DNA of 64,000 bases, taken from positions 1 through 64,000 of the IMG/VR virus record IMGVR_UViG_3300010334_006426; one strand, written 5' to 3'. Below are positions 36,466 to 45,731 of this stretch, one piece after another; the first letter of the stretch is position 1, and each line of letters opens with the position of its first letter. Both the position numbers and the translations under genes were made by a program. The notes below the pieces were generated by a model. That model was not told the origin of the DNA, made no database searches, and saw nothing but the letters and a program-made list of their open reading frames with translations. The stretch is from a virus.

Positions 36466-37305
36466 ATGAGCGTAATTACCAAATCAATGTTTGAAAGCAT
36501 TAAAAGTGCTTTAGTAAAAAATAACACCCAACCTTCCCGTAATAAGGATATTTTAAAGTGTGAGGTAGGCAATACATATACAGTCCGATTGTTACCGAAC
36601 GCTACTAATCCTGAAAAAACATTCTTCCATTATTATACTTTTGGATGGACCAGCTTCTGCACTGGCCAATATGTTTCTGCTATTAGTCCCTCTAGTTTTG
36701 GTGGCCGTGATCCTATTGCAGAATATCGCTACAAAGTATTAAAAACTGGCACCGAAGAGGAAAAAAACAAAGCAAGAGCTATTATTCGCTCCGAAAAATG
36801 GTTGGTAAATGCTTATATTATCAACGATCCAGTTAATCCCGATAATAATGGCAAAAATATGATTGTTCGTTACGGTAAGCAGCTTCATAAGATTATTATG
36901 GATGCGATTGAAGGAGAAGGTGCAGAAGATTTTGGTCTTAAGATATTTGACCTTTCTGAAAAAGGATGTAATCTTAAGATCAAGGTTGAGCAGCAGGGGG
37001 ATTATCCCACATATGTTAGCAGCAAGTTTACACCTGCTAAAGCTATTGAAGGACTCGATAAGTCTAAATTTGATAGTATCTACAAAGGAATTATTGACCT
37101 GGACACTGTTTTCCCTGTTAAGAGCTGTGATGACCTCAAGATTATGCTCGATGAGCATTATTTCTGTAGTTCATCCGAACAGTCTGAGTCAACTGCTGCT
37201 GCACCTACCAAGAGTAATAAGAATGCCCCGACAGCTTCAGCAGAAGATTTGCTGGAAGATGATACAGTCAAGCAGCTTTTGGCGGATATTGAAGATACAA
37301 AATAA
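36466..37305 (+). CDS. gp32: Single-stranded DNA-binding protein gp32
   Basis: VRLLP, DPIAE, NAYIINDPVNPDNNGK, YGK, YPTY..SKF, acidic tail. Confidence 0.85.
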   Translation: MSVITKSMFESIKSALVKNNTQPSRNKDILKCEVGNTYTVRLLPNATNPEKTFFHYYTFGWTSFCTGQYVSAISPSSFGGRDPIAEYRYKVLKTGTEEEKNKARAIIRSEKWLVNAYIINDPVNPDNNGKNMIVRYGKQLHKIIMDAIEGEGAEDFGLKIFDLSEKGCNLKIKVEQQGDYPTYVSSKFTPAKAIEGLDKSKFDSIYKGIIDLDTVFPVKSCDDLKIMLDEHYFCSSSEQSESTAAAPTKSNKNAPTASAEDLLEDDTVKQLLADIEDTK

Positions 37306-37718
37306 TGTCTGATATTATTAATCTTGACCCTAATGCTGATCCGCATGCCAGGGAAGTGGTTCTTAATTTGCTCGGTGCAACATTATCTGAATTAAGAGAT
37401 ATCGATAGAGCTGTTGTTGGTTCTTCTCGTAATATATCTGCGTTAAAAACAGATTTAAAAAATGTTTTTACACAGCCAGGTCCGCAGTCAACAACAGTTG
37501 CAGCCGGTTTAAATATCCAACAACCACCTCCGTTAACCCCTGTTCCTATTCAAGTTGCCGCAGTCAACACTACACAACAAGTAGAGACTATTCAAGAGGA
37601 TCCAAATCAACTAGTATTTGATTTTAATAAAAAAATTACACCAGATGATGTTATTGACAAGTTAGATAGAATTTTAGACAAATTAGATTCAGTTATTAGT
37701 TTAATTAAAAAAAATTAA
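37305..37718 (+). CDS. Hypothetical protein
   Basis: 137-aa ORF coupled to gp32. Confidence 0.65.
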   Translation: MSDIINLDPNADPHAREVVLNLLGATLSELRDIDRAVVGSSRNISALKTDLKNVFTQPGPQSTTVAAGLNIQQPPPLTPVPIQVAAVNTTQQVETIQEDPNQLVFDFNKKITPDDVIDKLDRILDKLDSVISLIKKN

Positions 37719-37753
37719 TATTGCAATCTATTGTTAGCTAATATAATCATATT

Positions 37754-38482
37754 GTGAATGTATTCATACCCAATAAAAAATTGTTTTTAAGTGGGTTTTT
37801 GTCACCATTATCGAAAATAAATGATAGTTGTGTTGTATGCATAAAGGATTCAGGTCTTAACTGTACCGTTTGTACAGCTGACTCGTCTATCATTCTTAAT
37901 GCGCAATATAAGCTTAATCTTGATATTGATAATACATTATGTTTGAACATTGCTGATGTAAAGAAAGTTATAAAAGCTTTTGAATGTATCAGCGGGGATA
38001 CATTTACTTTTAATGTTGATAAAAACAATATTAACTATTCCGGGCCAGAAGTTAATTTTAAATATCATTTACTAGAAAACGGAATTATAACACAACCTAA
38101 GCTTAATATTGATAAAATAGATTGTTTAGAATTTCCTATCTCTTTTGTTGTTCAATATAAAACTTTAATAGAATTATTGAGAGGTAGTACCTTTGCAACT
38201 GAAAGTAACAAGCTTTATCTGTATTCTAAAGATAATAAGATTTACGGTGATCTGACTGATAGAGCAAGACACAATATAGATAGTTTTTCTATACCATTAG
38301 CTGAATACACTGGCGTAGAATTAACAGATATATGCTTGAACTTTGAATTAATCAGAATAATTAGTAGTGTGAGGGTCAAGCAGTTAGAATGTAAGATTAA
38401 TCCCAAGCTTGGTGTTATTGTTTTTCAATTAAATGACGAGACAATAAAAACAAGATATATTGCCTCTTCACTGGTAAAATGA
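37754..38482 (+). CDS. gp45: Sliding clamp gp45-like
   Basis: Size (242 aa), alternating beta/alpha clamp pattern, replication context. Confidence 0.6.
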   Translation: MNVFIPNKKLFLSGFLSPLSKINDSCVVCIKDSGLNCTVCTADSSIILNAQYKLNLDIDNTLCLNIADVKKVIKAFECISGDTFTFNVDKNNINYSGPEVNFKYHLLENGIITQPKLNIDKIDCLEFPISFVVQYKTLIELLRGSTFATESNKLYLYSKDNKIYGDLTDRARHNIDSFSIPLAEYTGVELTDICLNFELIRIISSVRVKQLECKINPKLGVIVFQLNDETIKTRYIASSLVK

Positions 38483-38841
38483 AAACGCCTAATAATAAAA
38501 TTAGAACGCCTAGCTATTTTATGAAGAGGCTACGTGACAACGGTTTTATTGTTTTAAGAATATTTGATAGATATGGAAAGCACGATCCTAGGAGATGGAC
38601 AGTTCTAGTTGACCCTGGGTTGGCTTCTGTTTTTATCACCTGTTTTTCAAATAAAGATTTTAACGGTGATTTAATGTTTGAACTAAATGATGGCGGTATT
38701 AGATTTAATAAAAACTATAGCATTAAAACCGATAGTATAGAAGTAATTATCACCTATTTGTTAGATCGCGGTATTAACAATAATCCTCACAACAGCCCGT
38801 ATTATGTGCAAAGACCTAAATATTCTAGTGAAAAAACCTGA
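38479..38841 (+). CDS. Hypothetical protein
   Basis: 120-aa ORF, ATGA-coupled. Confidence 0.65.
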   Translation: MKTPNNKIRTPSYFMKRLRDNGFIVLRIFDRYGKHDPRRWTVLVDPGLASVFITCFSNKDFNGDLMFELNDGGIRFNKNYSIKTDSIEVIITYLLDRGINNNPHNSPYYVQRPKYSSEKT

Positions 38842-39157
38842 TAAAAATAAAGACGATAATATGGACAAAAAACCTAAAATAGCTAATGTTGAAAAAAAGC
38901 AAATAGAAGATCTGCTAAAATCTAGTCTTCAGGACTTTTTGCTACGTAAATCGACTATTGGTTCGGAAAAAGCTAAAAATGTTCAAAATCTTGTTTCTCT
39001 CATTACAGAATATTTGAGTGCATTTATAGTAATTGGTTATGATGTTTCTGGTGAGCCTGTTAACCTGATACATGCAACTAATCAAATGGATGCTGATGCT
39101 CTAAGTGCTGCAATTAATAAATTTATTATCCATTCAATTCAAAATAACGACAAGTGA
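38828..39157 (+). CDS. Hypothetical protein
   Basis: Probable GTG start at 38828, 5 nt after CTAAATA. Confidence 0.55.
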   Translation: MKKPDKNKDDNMDKKPKIANVEKKQIEDLLKSSLQDFLLRKSTIGSEKAKNVQNLVSLITEYLSAFIVIGYDVSGEPVNLIHATNQMDADALSAAINKFIIHSIQNNDK

Positions 39158-40017
39158 AAACGGTTTTAATCTTTGGCAAAGGATTTATCGGTAGGGGATT
39201 AGAAAAGTTTTTACTCACAAAAAATGTTTCGGTAGAAGCGTATAGCCATGCAGAGTTAAATTATTCTGATCCTGTTTTATTACAGCAATTTTTAAAAGAT
39301 AGATACTCTAATTATGAAGTTGTAATTAATTGCTCTGGTTACACAGGCTTGCCTAATGTTGACGGGTGCGAAAGTAATAAATCAGATTGTTGGTTTAGAA
39401 ACGTTATTGTTCCTAGGAATATTGTTTTAAGTTCTAATATGTTCGAATTACCAGTATTTCAAATTAATAGTGGGTGCATCTATACCGGATACGAGAAACA
39501 TTTTTCGGAATTAGATGAGCCTAATTTTGGATTGTTTAATAATGAAAGTAGTTTTTATAGTAAGACAAAGCATGCTTCAGAGACTATTTTTAAGAATTGT
39601 CTTGTTTACAGCATTAGAATTCGCATGCCGTTTGAAGGTTCATTGGATAAGAAAAATTATTTATATAAACTCTACAAATATAATAGCTTGATAAGCTCTC
39701 CGAATAGTTTAACTAGCACGGAAGATCTTTATAATTTTCTATTAAAATTTATAATACTTAGGAATACAATTGTTCCCGGGCCTATAAACGTTGTTAACGA
39801 AGGGTGTATGGAGGCTAAAGATATTATTGATATATTTAAAAAACATAATGTTATTAACGAAAAATGGAATTTTATTAATTTGGAAAATCTTAATACTGTC
39901 GCAAAAAGAAGTAATTGTATTTTAAGTACAGACAAAATTAAATCAGTCAATCTTCAGCTACCTGATGTACTAGAGTCCCTTGAAAGAGATATTAAAAAAT
40001 TTGCATCTTTACTTTAA
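39154..40017 (+). CDS. NDP-4-keto-6-deoxyglucose epimerase/reductase (RmlD / NRS-ER-like, NDP-rhamnose synthesis)
   Basis: Rossmann GKGFIG, GYTGLPNVDGCE, SGCIY, SFYSKTK (YxxxK), RIRMP, RSNCIL. Confidence 0.75.
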   Translation: MKTVLIFGKGFIGRGLEKFLLTKNVSVEAYSHAELNYSDPVLLQQFLKDRYSNYEVVINCSGYTGLPNVDGCESNKSDCWFRNVIVPRNIVLSSNMFELPVFQINSGCIYTGYEKHFSELDEPNFGLFNNESSFYSKTKHASETIFKNCLVYSIRIRMPFEGSLDKKNYLYKLYKYNSLISSPNSLTSTEDLYNFLLKFIILRNTIVPGPINVVNEGCMEAKDIIDIFKKHNVINEKWNFINLENLNTVAKRSNCILSTDKIKSVNLQLPDVLESLERDIKKFASLL

Positions 40018-40279
40018 TAAAAATTTACCTACTAACCGCGGAATTTATGCTGTTGAAAAAGGTCAATTTATTGGAGAGTTTTTTGTCTATATAAAAACTC
40101 TAGATAACGGGGAATTCTCTTTTTTGAGCTTACCAAAAATGAATAAAAGAAACGTTACCTCGGAGTCTTTTAATACAGGTCTTAAGAATAAGATTATTGT
40201 TTTTATTGAAAAATTACCAAAGCCTATATACAGATTATGCTGTCAGCAGTATAATAAGTCTGTTGATAAGCAGAAATAG
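39980..40279 (+). CDS. Hypothetical protein
   Basis: ORF continuing the operon; start uncertain. Confidence 0.55.
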   Translation: MKEILKNLHLYFNKNLPTNRGIYAVEKGQFIGEFFVYIKTLDNGEFSFLSLPKMNKRNVTSESFNTGLKNKIIVFIEKLPKPIYRLCCQQYNKSVDKQK

Positions 40280-40293
40280 CATATAAATATAGT

Positions 40294-40470
40294 ATGGACT
40301 TTGTCAGACCAATAAAAATTACTAGCCCTATTAGCGGTCAACCAGTCGAACCTAAAATTGTAGAGCGGGTTTACGAAGGCAAGCTTTACAAAGAAGCGCA
40401 TTGGATTGACCCGGCTAGCGGTACCTTTATTCGTAAAGGTATAATTAGCGTGGAAGATATAAAAAAGTAA
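40294..40470 (+). CDS. Unannotated 58-aa late protein
   Basis: Exact TATAAATA at 40282-40289 then ATG; MDFVRPIKITSPISGQPVEPK...WIDPASGTFIRKG...KK*. Confidence 0.75.
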   Translation: MDFVRPIKITSPISGQPVEPKIVERVYEGKLYKEAHWIDPASGTFIRKGIISVEDIKK

Positions 40471-40504
40471 TTGATTGTTCATAGTTTTACTTTAAACTTA
40501 AATA

Positions 40505-41533
40505 GTGGTATTATTAACTGAAGATTACATTATATCTAAGTTTTATCAGTACGCTGGGAATCCTAGGTACAATAGACTTTCTAAATCGTATAATGGTGGT
40601 TGTCCCACGTGTAGAGAGGGCACCTCGTGGGGAAAGAAGAGGCGCTTATACTACGTAACTAGAAAAAATTTAATATTTTGTCATAATTGCGGTTTAAGTA
40701 TGCGCCCGGCTAAATGGATACAATCTGTTTCTGGTCTTACATATGGAGAGGTCTTAAAAGAAAATAGTGGATTTCAGACAGAAATAAATTTAAGTGAAAC
40801 AAATAACGAACCTGAAAAGATTGTTAATCAAGAGGAATTACCTCTAGATCCTATTAATTTATTGGACCCTTCTCAAGTAAGTTTCTATAGCAATGATAGT
40901 ATAATTAAAGATGCTTTATCATTAGTTAGAAAAAGACGTTTAGATACAGCAGTCAACAGACCTAAGACGCTTTGGATTAGCTTAAAAGATAAAATTCATA
41001 GAGATAGATTGGTTGTACCGTTTTACGACATAGATGAAAAAATCGTTCACTATCAGTCGCGTACTATAAGGGAAAATAAATATAAAAAATTTCCAAAATA
41101 TCTATCTAAATTAAATAGCGAAAAAAGTCTTTTTGGAATTAATAGCATAAGCGAAAAAATTCCTTATCTGTTTATAACGGAAGGTCCAATCGATGCCTTT
41201 TTCATTGAAAATGGAATAGCTGTTGCAGGTATTAATGAAAGTAGTGATTTAGTATTTACAGATAAACAAAAATCACAAATAGCTGCTTTTCCGTTGCATG
41301 AAAAAATTTGGATATTGGATAATCAGCGGAATGATAAGGCTAGTAAAAAGAAGACTAACATCTTACTTAAGAAAGGTTATAAGGTTTTTATATGGCCGGA
41401 GAAAACAAAACATTTCAAAGACTTAAATGAAATGGCTATAAATCTAAAGATAGATAAAGTTTCTACAAAATTTATACTTGAAAATACCTTCTCCGGTATT
41501 AAGGGTAGTTTATTATTGTCTAACCTAGATTAA
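40505..41533 (+). CDS. gp61: DNA primase gp61
   Basis: Zn ribbon CPTC...CHNC, VPFYD, TOPRIM TEGPIDA, WILDN, KDLNE. Confidence 0.9.
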   Translation: MVLLTEDYIISKFYQYAGNPRYNRLSKSYNGGCPTCREGTSWGKKRRLYYVTRKNLIFCHNCGLSMRPAKWIQSVSGLTYGEVLKENSGFQTEINLSETNNEPEKIVNQEELPLDPINLLDPSQVSFYSNDSIIKDALSLVRKRRLDTAVNRPKTLWISLKDKIHRDRLVVPFYDIDEKIVHYQSRTIRENKYKKFPKYLSKLNSEKSLFGINSISEKIPYLFITEGPIDAFFIENGIAVAGINESSDLVFTDKQKSQIAAFPLHEKIWILDNQRNDKASKKKTNILLKKGYKVFIWPEKTKHFKDLNEMAINLKIDKVSTKFILENTFSGIKGSLLLSNLD

Positions 41534-41955
41534 CCTTCTTCACCAGAAATAAGATAACCCTTTAACGATTCATTTAGAGAGCTCAACTCCATAGCTACTC
41601 TAGCTAATCTCTTCTTCTCACTGTTAGATATTTTTTCAAACAATGTATCGCACCCTGCTGCGGCTAATTGAGACTGTACACTATTACCATCGACTCCGTT
41701 GATAAAGGCTATAAACTTTTCAACCTCCTGTATCCAGCCTGCTAATGTTTTCTTTTGTGCCGCGTTATGTGCGCCTCTAACTTGGTCGACACCTTGAGGA
41801 GGTGTCTGTGCGTCCAAAGTCGCGGGATCTGTACCAGGATCTAGTTCTGCTTGCATTGCGCCAGAATCAGTTTTAATTTGTTGTTTTTCTTCGTCTGCTT
41901 CTAATATACTTAAAAATCGTCTTTCAAACAAATTGGGCTTTTCAAACAAGTTCAT
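41530..41955 (-). CDS. Hypothetical late protein
   Basis: ATAAATA upstream; MNLFEKPNLFERRFLSILE. Confidence 0.65.
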   Translation of the reverse strand: MNLFEKPNLFERRFLSILEADEEKQQIKTDSGAMQAELDPGTDPATLDAQTPPQGVDQVRGAHNAAQKKTLAGWIQEVEKFIAFINGVDGNSVQSQLAAAGCDTLFEKISNSEKKRLARVAMELSSLNESLKGYLISGEEG

Positions 41956-41994
41956 AATATTATTTATTATTTATGGAGAAGATTAAATATATAT

Positions 41995-42366
41995 ATGATT
42001 AAAAAAGTCAGTACACTCAATGAAGATTCGCAAATGCTTTATAATAAATGGGTTAGAGGTATCGCTACAAGAGAATTACAACCAGAAATAATTACATTAT
42101 CTGATATAGTAAATAGATTTCGTAATAATAATAAAGCTCCTAAAAAGCTACCTTATCCTTTGGATAGTGTAGTAGACTTTTTAGGCGATATATTTGTTAA
42201 GTGTGCTGACTTAAGACGTACCTTGGCGCAAGGCGTTGTGAGCCCTTTAATTAAAGACAAAGCGTCAAAAATTAAAACAGTTAGAGATTTAAATAAAAAA
42301 ATAGAGAGAATACAGCAGCAAATATTTGATTGTACTGAAGATCTCAATAAATTACTTGAAAAGTAA
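41995..42366 (+). CDS. Hypothetical protein
   Basis: TTAAATA upstream; 123 aa. Confidence 0.6.
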   Translation: MIKKVSTLNEDSQMLYNKWVRGIATRELQPEIITLSDIVNRFRNNNKAPKKLPYPLDSVVDFLGDIFVKCADLRRTLAQGVVSPLIKDKASKIKTVRDLNKKIERIQQQIFDCTEDLNKLLEK

Positions 42367-42389
42367 TATTTTGGTTTTAATATATATTA

Positions 42390-42821
42390 ATGGCTAAAAA
42401 GATATTACAAAGCTTTGGTCTTACCTTTTTAATTAGCGCTATTCTTGCTTGGCCGTTGACATTTCTAGGCGTTAGCTTTATTAGTGGCGTTCTTTTTTTC
42501 AGCGCAGTTCAATTCGTAGGGTTTTATTTTTATAGAGAAATACAAGAGCGTAAACTGCTTTTAGAGCAGCAAAATTTTATTTTAGCTAGAGAAGCCGAAC
42601 TAAGTAAGCAGGGGTCAGAGGTTATATGTCCCTGTGATAGACAGGTTAAATGCTTTGTTCCTATAAAGCTAAACGAGAGAAATGAATACGTATGCCCAGG
42701 TTGCAACAAGGATGCTAATGTTAATGTATTATTAAAAACTGTTTTGGTCACTACCCCTATAATTGAGTCTGCTGAAGATGTGATAGCAAATAATTTAAAG
42801 GAAAAAAATGGAAGTAATTAA
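42390..42821 (+). CDS. Membrane-anchored zinc-ribbon protein
   Basis: Two N-terminal hydrophobic helices, CPC...CPGC. Confidence 0.6.
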   Translation: MAKKILQSFGLTFLISAILAWPLTFLGVSFISGVLFFSAVQFVGFYFYREIQERKLLLEQQNFILAREAELSKQGSEVICPCDRQVKCFVPIKLNERNEYVCPGCNKDANVNVLLKTVLVTTPIIESAEDVIANNLKEKNGSN

Positions 42822-43194
42822 TGTACCTGCAAGCCAAGTATTACCTGTATCAGGGTATGTGGCACCACCTTCTATAGCACAAGTTAAGAAAGAAGCAGAA
42901 GAATTCTTTTTTTCAAAAGGATTATTAGCACACAAAATCTATAAAAATGCATACACTAGCTCACTCGCTGATTCACCGTCATCAGAACAGTTTATTCAAG
43001 ACTTTTTTAACGTTTTAGAAAATTCAATCAAGACGCAGATAAAAAACAACAATCAAGATGTTTCTATATCTATAAAATTAGTTTTTGATACATTGAGAAA
43101 TAGTTTTAATATTTTATCCGCTCTTGGAGTAAAAATTGATCCAATTACGTTTTTTGCCACGCTGGTAGCGTTTATTTTAAGTAAATTAAGATAG
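42808..43194 (+). CDS. Hypothetical protein
   Basis: 128 aa, hydrophobic C-terminus. Confidence 0.55.
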   Translation: MEVINVPASQVLPVSGYVAPPSIAQVKKEAEEFFFSKGLLAHKIYKNAYTSSLADSPSSEQFIQDFFNVLENSIKTQIKNNNQDVSISIKLVFDTLRNSFNILSALGVKIDPITFFATLVAFILSKLR

Positions 43195-43232
43195 TTGTTG
43201 CGTATGTTTATTTTTTCATCTATTATGATGAA

Positions 43233-43601
43233 ATGAGCAATACAATCCAAATTAACTGTAAAGATAAGACCATTTCCATGAAAAAAATCGAATATGCTAG
43301 ATGGCTTTGTCTTATAGAAGCAATTGATCTTGTTGAAAAAAAAGCTGAAGAACTTAAAGCGGACTTAATAGGTGATGACTTCTGGGTTAAGCCTTTAGCT
43401 TTTCAGAAGTATATAGACCACAGATTAGAGACTATGGTGATTGATGTAGATAGAGAAGAATTTAATATACCTACTATGGTTTCTATACAATCCAACAAAG
43501 ACCTTGTACCTGTTAATGTTGAAGTACAGGAAACAGAAGATCAGTCTGAAGAAGAGTTTGAGCCTACTGAAAAAGATTTGTCTGTGCTGACTATGGTTTA
43601 A
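43233..43601 (+). CDS. Hypothetical protein
   Basis: 122 aa; TTGCGT-N17-TATTAT upstream. Confidence 0.6.
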   Translation: MSNTIQINCKDKTISMKKIEYARWLCLIEAIDLVEKKAEELKADLIGDDFWVKPLAFQKYIDHRLETMVIDVDREEFNIPTMVSIQSNKDLVPVNVEVQETEDQSEEEFEPTEKDLSVLTMV

Positions 43602-44350
43602 TAGTAGCCGCCGTAAATTTCTGTATTGTTCACAGACATGTCAAAGATATTTTTACTGCTAAATTTATCTGAACTTTCTGGATAACTAGAAGGCCTTGGG
43701 CTATATGTAACATCGTTAGGTAGGTTTGTTGTAATAGTTCCATATCTTTCATTATCGTAGACTTGGTTGCTACCCTTTTCTTGAGGCAGATTAGGTTCAA
43801 AAGAATAGTCAAATCTCTTTGCCTTTAATAACCATACATAATGGCCCATTAAAGGATTTATTTGTGAATTCTCTTGATCTAAACGCTCTGTAATTTCATA
43901 CATCTTTCCATCACGGTCTCCTGGTCGTGAGTTTCCGTATTCTGCTAGCTTAAATACATCACCGGCTTTAGGTTCAGCATCAGGTGGAAAAGTAGCGTAA
44001 AAAGAACTTATGTGCATGTACGCGGTACATGTTTCATCACTCATATAGCCAAATTTACTAAGTATAAGGGCATTCTCAGATAACTGTATTGCCATAACAA
44101 CATCTTTTGGATCTTCAAATCTAGAAGTAGGCTGCTCCCCATATACGTTATCAGCAGATAATAAATTATAGCTATTTCTATAATATTTTACTTTTTGACC
44201 ATACAAATCTAATTGTTCACGCCAGTAGTTGCTATATAACTGTCTCTCACATTCATTATTATCTTTCTCTGTAAACCTTAACGTACTTGTTGTATATTTT
44301 AATGGATAGGTTCTAATGCAGTTTGTTCCGGTATATCTATCGACACTCAT
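43598..44350 (-). CDS. gp14: Neck / head-tail connector protein gp14-like
   Basis: E..LYGQ.V.Y, VYGE, LSKFG...DE, PKAGD, FDYS.E. Confidence 0.7.
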   Translation of the reverse strand: MSVDRYTGTNCIRTYPLKYTTSTLRFTEKDNNECERQLYSNYWREQLDLYGQKVKYYRNSYNLLSADNVYGEQPTSRFEDPKDVVMAIQLSENALILSKFGYMSDETCTAYMHISSFYATFPPDAEPKAGDVFKLAEYGNSRPGDRDGKMYEITERLDQENSQINPLMGHYVWLLKAKRFDYSFEPNLPQEKGSNQVYDNERYGTITTNLPNDVTYSPRPSSYPESSDKFSSKNIFDMSVNNTEIYGGYY

Positions 44351-44712
44351 TTTTGAAGAATATAACCTCCCAGGTTGTGGTCAAACTTTAATAAAATGCC
44401 TGTATTACCTAGAGATTTTGGTGTGTTTGGGTTGACCCTAGAAATACCGTATTTAGTGCAAATTTTTTGGATTTCATCTTGAGATAAAGCCTTTCTATTT
44501 GTATTTGAAGTTCTTAAATCATTCATAGCTTGTATAGACTTTGGATCTACTTTGTGCATATCAGGAACCGTTTGCGCGTGCTTTCTGAATCCAGGATCTT
44601 TTATAACTTTACGGTGACGTTGTGTTGGCTTGAGCTCTGTTAGCGTTCCTTGATTCCAAGTTGTTATTTCCTGAATTAATATATTATTAAATATTTTTTC
44701 GAAAATACTCAC
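44347..44712 (-). CDS. Hypothetical late protein
   Basis: TATAAATA (44717-44724) before GTG; MSIFEKIFNNILIQE. Confidence 0.65.
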   Translation of the reverse strand: MSIFEKIFNNILIQEITTWNQGTLTELKPTQRHRKVIKDPGFRKHAQTVPDMHKVDPKSIQAMNDLRTSNTNRKALSQDEIQKICTKYGISRVNPNTPKSLGNTGILLKFDHNLGGYILQK

Positions 44713-44726
44713 ATATTATTTATAAT

Positions 44727-44752
44727 AAAAAAGCCGTCATAAGACGGCTTTT
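44727..44752 (-). terminator. Intrinsic terminator
   Basis: Perfect hairpin AAAAGCCGTC-ATAA-GACGGCTTTT; U6 tail on the minus strand, just downstream of ORF 44773-45699. Confidence 0.8.
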
Positions 44753-44772
44753 CTACTTTTATGTAAGGTTCT

Positions 44773-45699
44773 TTATTTAAAGAAATCGCCAGCCTTGTAA
44801 CCTGGTGCGTTTACTTTATTGTTCTTGCCTTGTAAGGAATGACCCTTACTATCAGGTAGAGCAGAAGGCTTACCATCCATTGTTACACCTTTGGTGTCAC
44901 CGGAAGCCTTGGAGCTCTTAGCATGGCCAAGCTTACCTGGAACTTTATTGTTCTTGCCTTGTAGGGATTGACCTTTACTATCGGGAAGTTCTTCTAATTC
45001 CGTGGCTTCACCAGCAACAGCTTCTTCATCTTCATCTTCATCTTTCTCTTTCTTGTCGGCCTTACTCTGTTCATCTTCGTCGGAGCCAGCTTCTTCAGCG
45101 CCAGCTTCTTCAGCGCCAGCTTCAGATCCTTCTACATCTTCTTTATCTTCGCCGTGTTCTTCAGAGCCACCTAGTACATCGCCGAGCATATCATGTAGCT
45201 TCTGAGCAACATCGCGAGGAAGAGTTACTGTAACATCTTCGTGTTCACCGCCAAGGTCTTCAGCTTTATCAGCCTCAGCACCCTCGGGGCCGGCTTGAAT
45301 GCCTAAATCAAAGGCATCATCCTTCATTACATCTTCGTAAAGTCTATCAAAAATTGATTTGCTCATATTATTATTTATATTCGCTGGATCCTTTTTTTCA
45401 AGAGCCGTAGAAAATTTTTGTGGCTCAAAATGATTATTTTTTTTAGCAGTTTTTGGATCCACTATATCTTTACTAAACCCTTCTGCAGCCTCTGGGCCAG
45501 TATTTTTTAAAGAAAAAGCATTTTTATCACTTCCCTTAGAGGTAATTTTCTTAGTATCTATTTTTTTATCCTTAGCAGAGGCAAAAGTATTCAAAGTTTT
45601 AACAGTCTTCTCTTCAACGACATTTTGCTTTATTTCAGGGCTTTTTTTCATAGCCTCGTAAACTAACCCTATATCCTTTATACTTTTTACTCTTGTCAT
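44773..45699 (-). CDS. Acidic low-complexity late protein (prohead core/scaffold-like)
   Basis: TATAAATA upstream; E/D/K-rich; internal repeats; own terminator. Confidence 0.65.
   Translation of the reverse strand: MTRVKSIKDIGLVYEAMKKSPEIKQNVVEEKTVKTLNTFASAKDKKIDTKKITSKGSDKNAFSLKNTGPEAAEGFSKDIVDPKTAKKNNHFEPQKFSTALEKKDPANINNNMSKSIFDRLYEDVMKDDAFDLGIQAGPEGAEADKAEDLGGEHEDVTVTLPRDVAQKLHDMLGDVLGGSEEHGEDKEDVEGSEAGAEEAGAEEAGSDEDEQSKADKKEKDEDEDEEAVAGEATELEELPDSKGQSLQGKNNKVPGKLGHAKSSKASGDTKGVTMDGKPSALPDSKGHSLQGKNNKVNAPGYKAGDFFK
44813..44988 (-). repeat. Duplicated coding motif LPDSKGxSLQGKNNKV, 129 nt apart
   Basis: ACTTTATTGTTCTTGCCTTGTA at 44813 and 44942. Confidence 0.8.
45085..45123 (-). repeat. 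15-nt tandem repeat encoding AEEAG
   Basis: GCCAGCTTCTTCAGC x2 plus a partial third copy. Confidence 0.8.
45372..45379 (-). promoter_or_regulatory. Intragenic late promoter TATAAATA
   Basis: Exact motif 5 nt before the in-frame ATG at 45366. Confidence 0.6.
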
Positions 45700-45731
45700 A
45701 TATATGTATTTATATTATTAATAAATAAAAT

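Noticed and set aside
36739-37346. Alternative-frame and antisense ORFs over gp32
   Set aside because: Fully overlap a well-supported gene and show no motifs
44813-45123. Repeats as a possible CRISPR or diversity-generating element
   Set aside because: Only 2-3 in-frame copies encoding peptide repeats; no spacers, cas or reverse transcriptase
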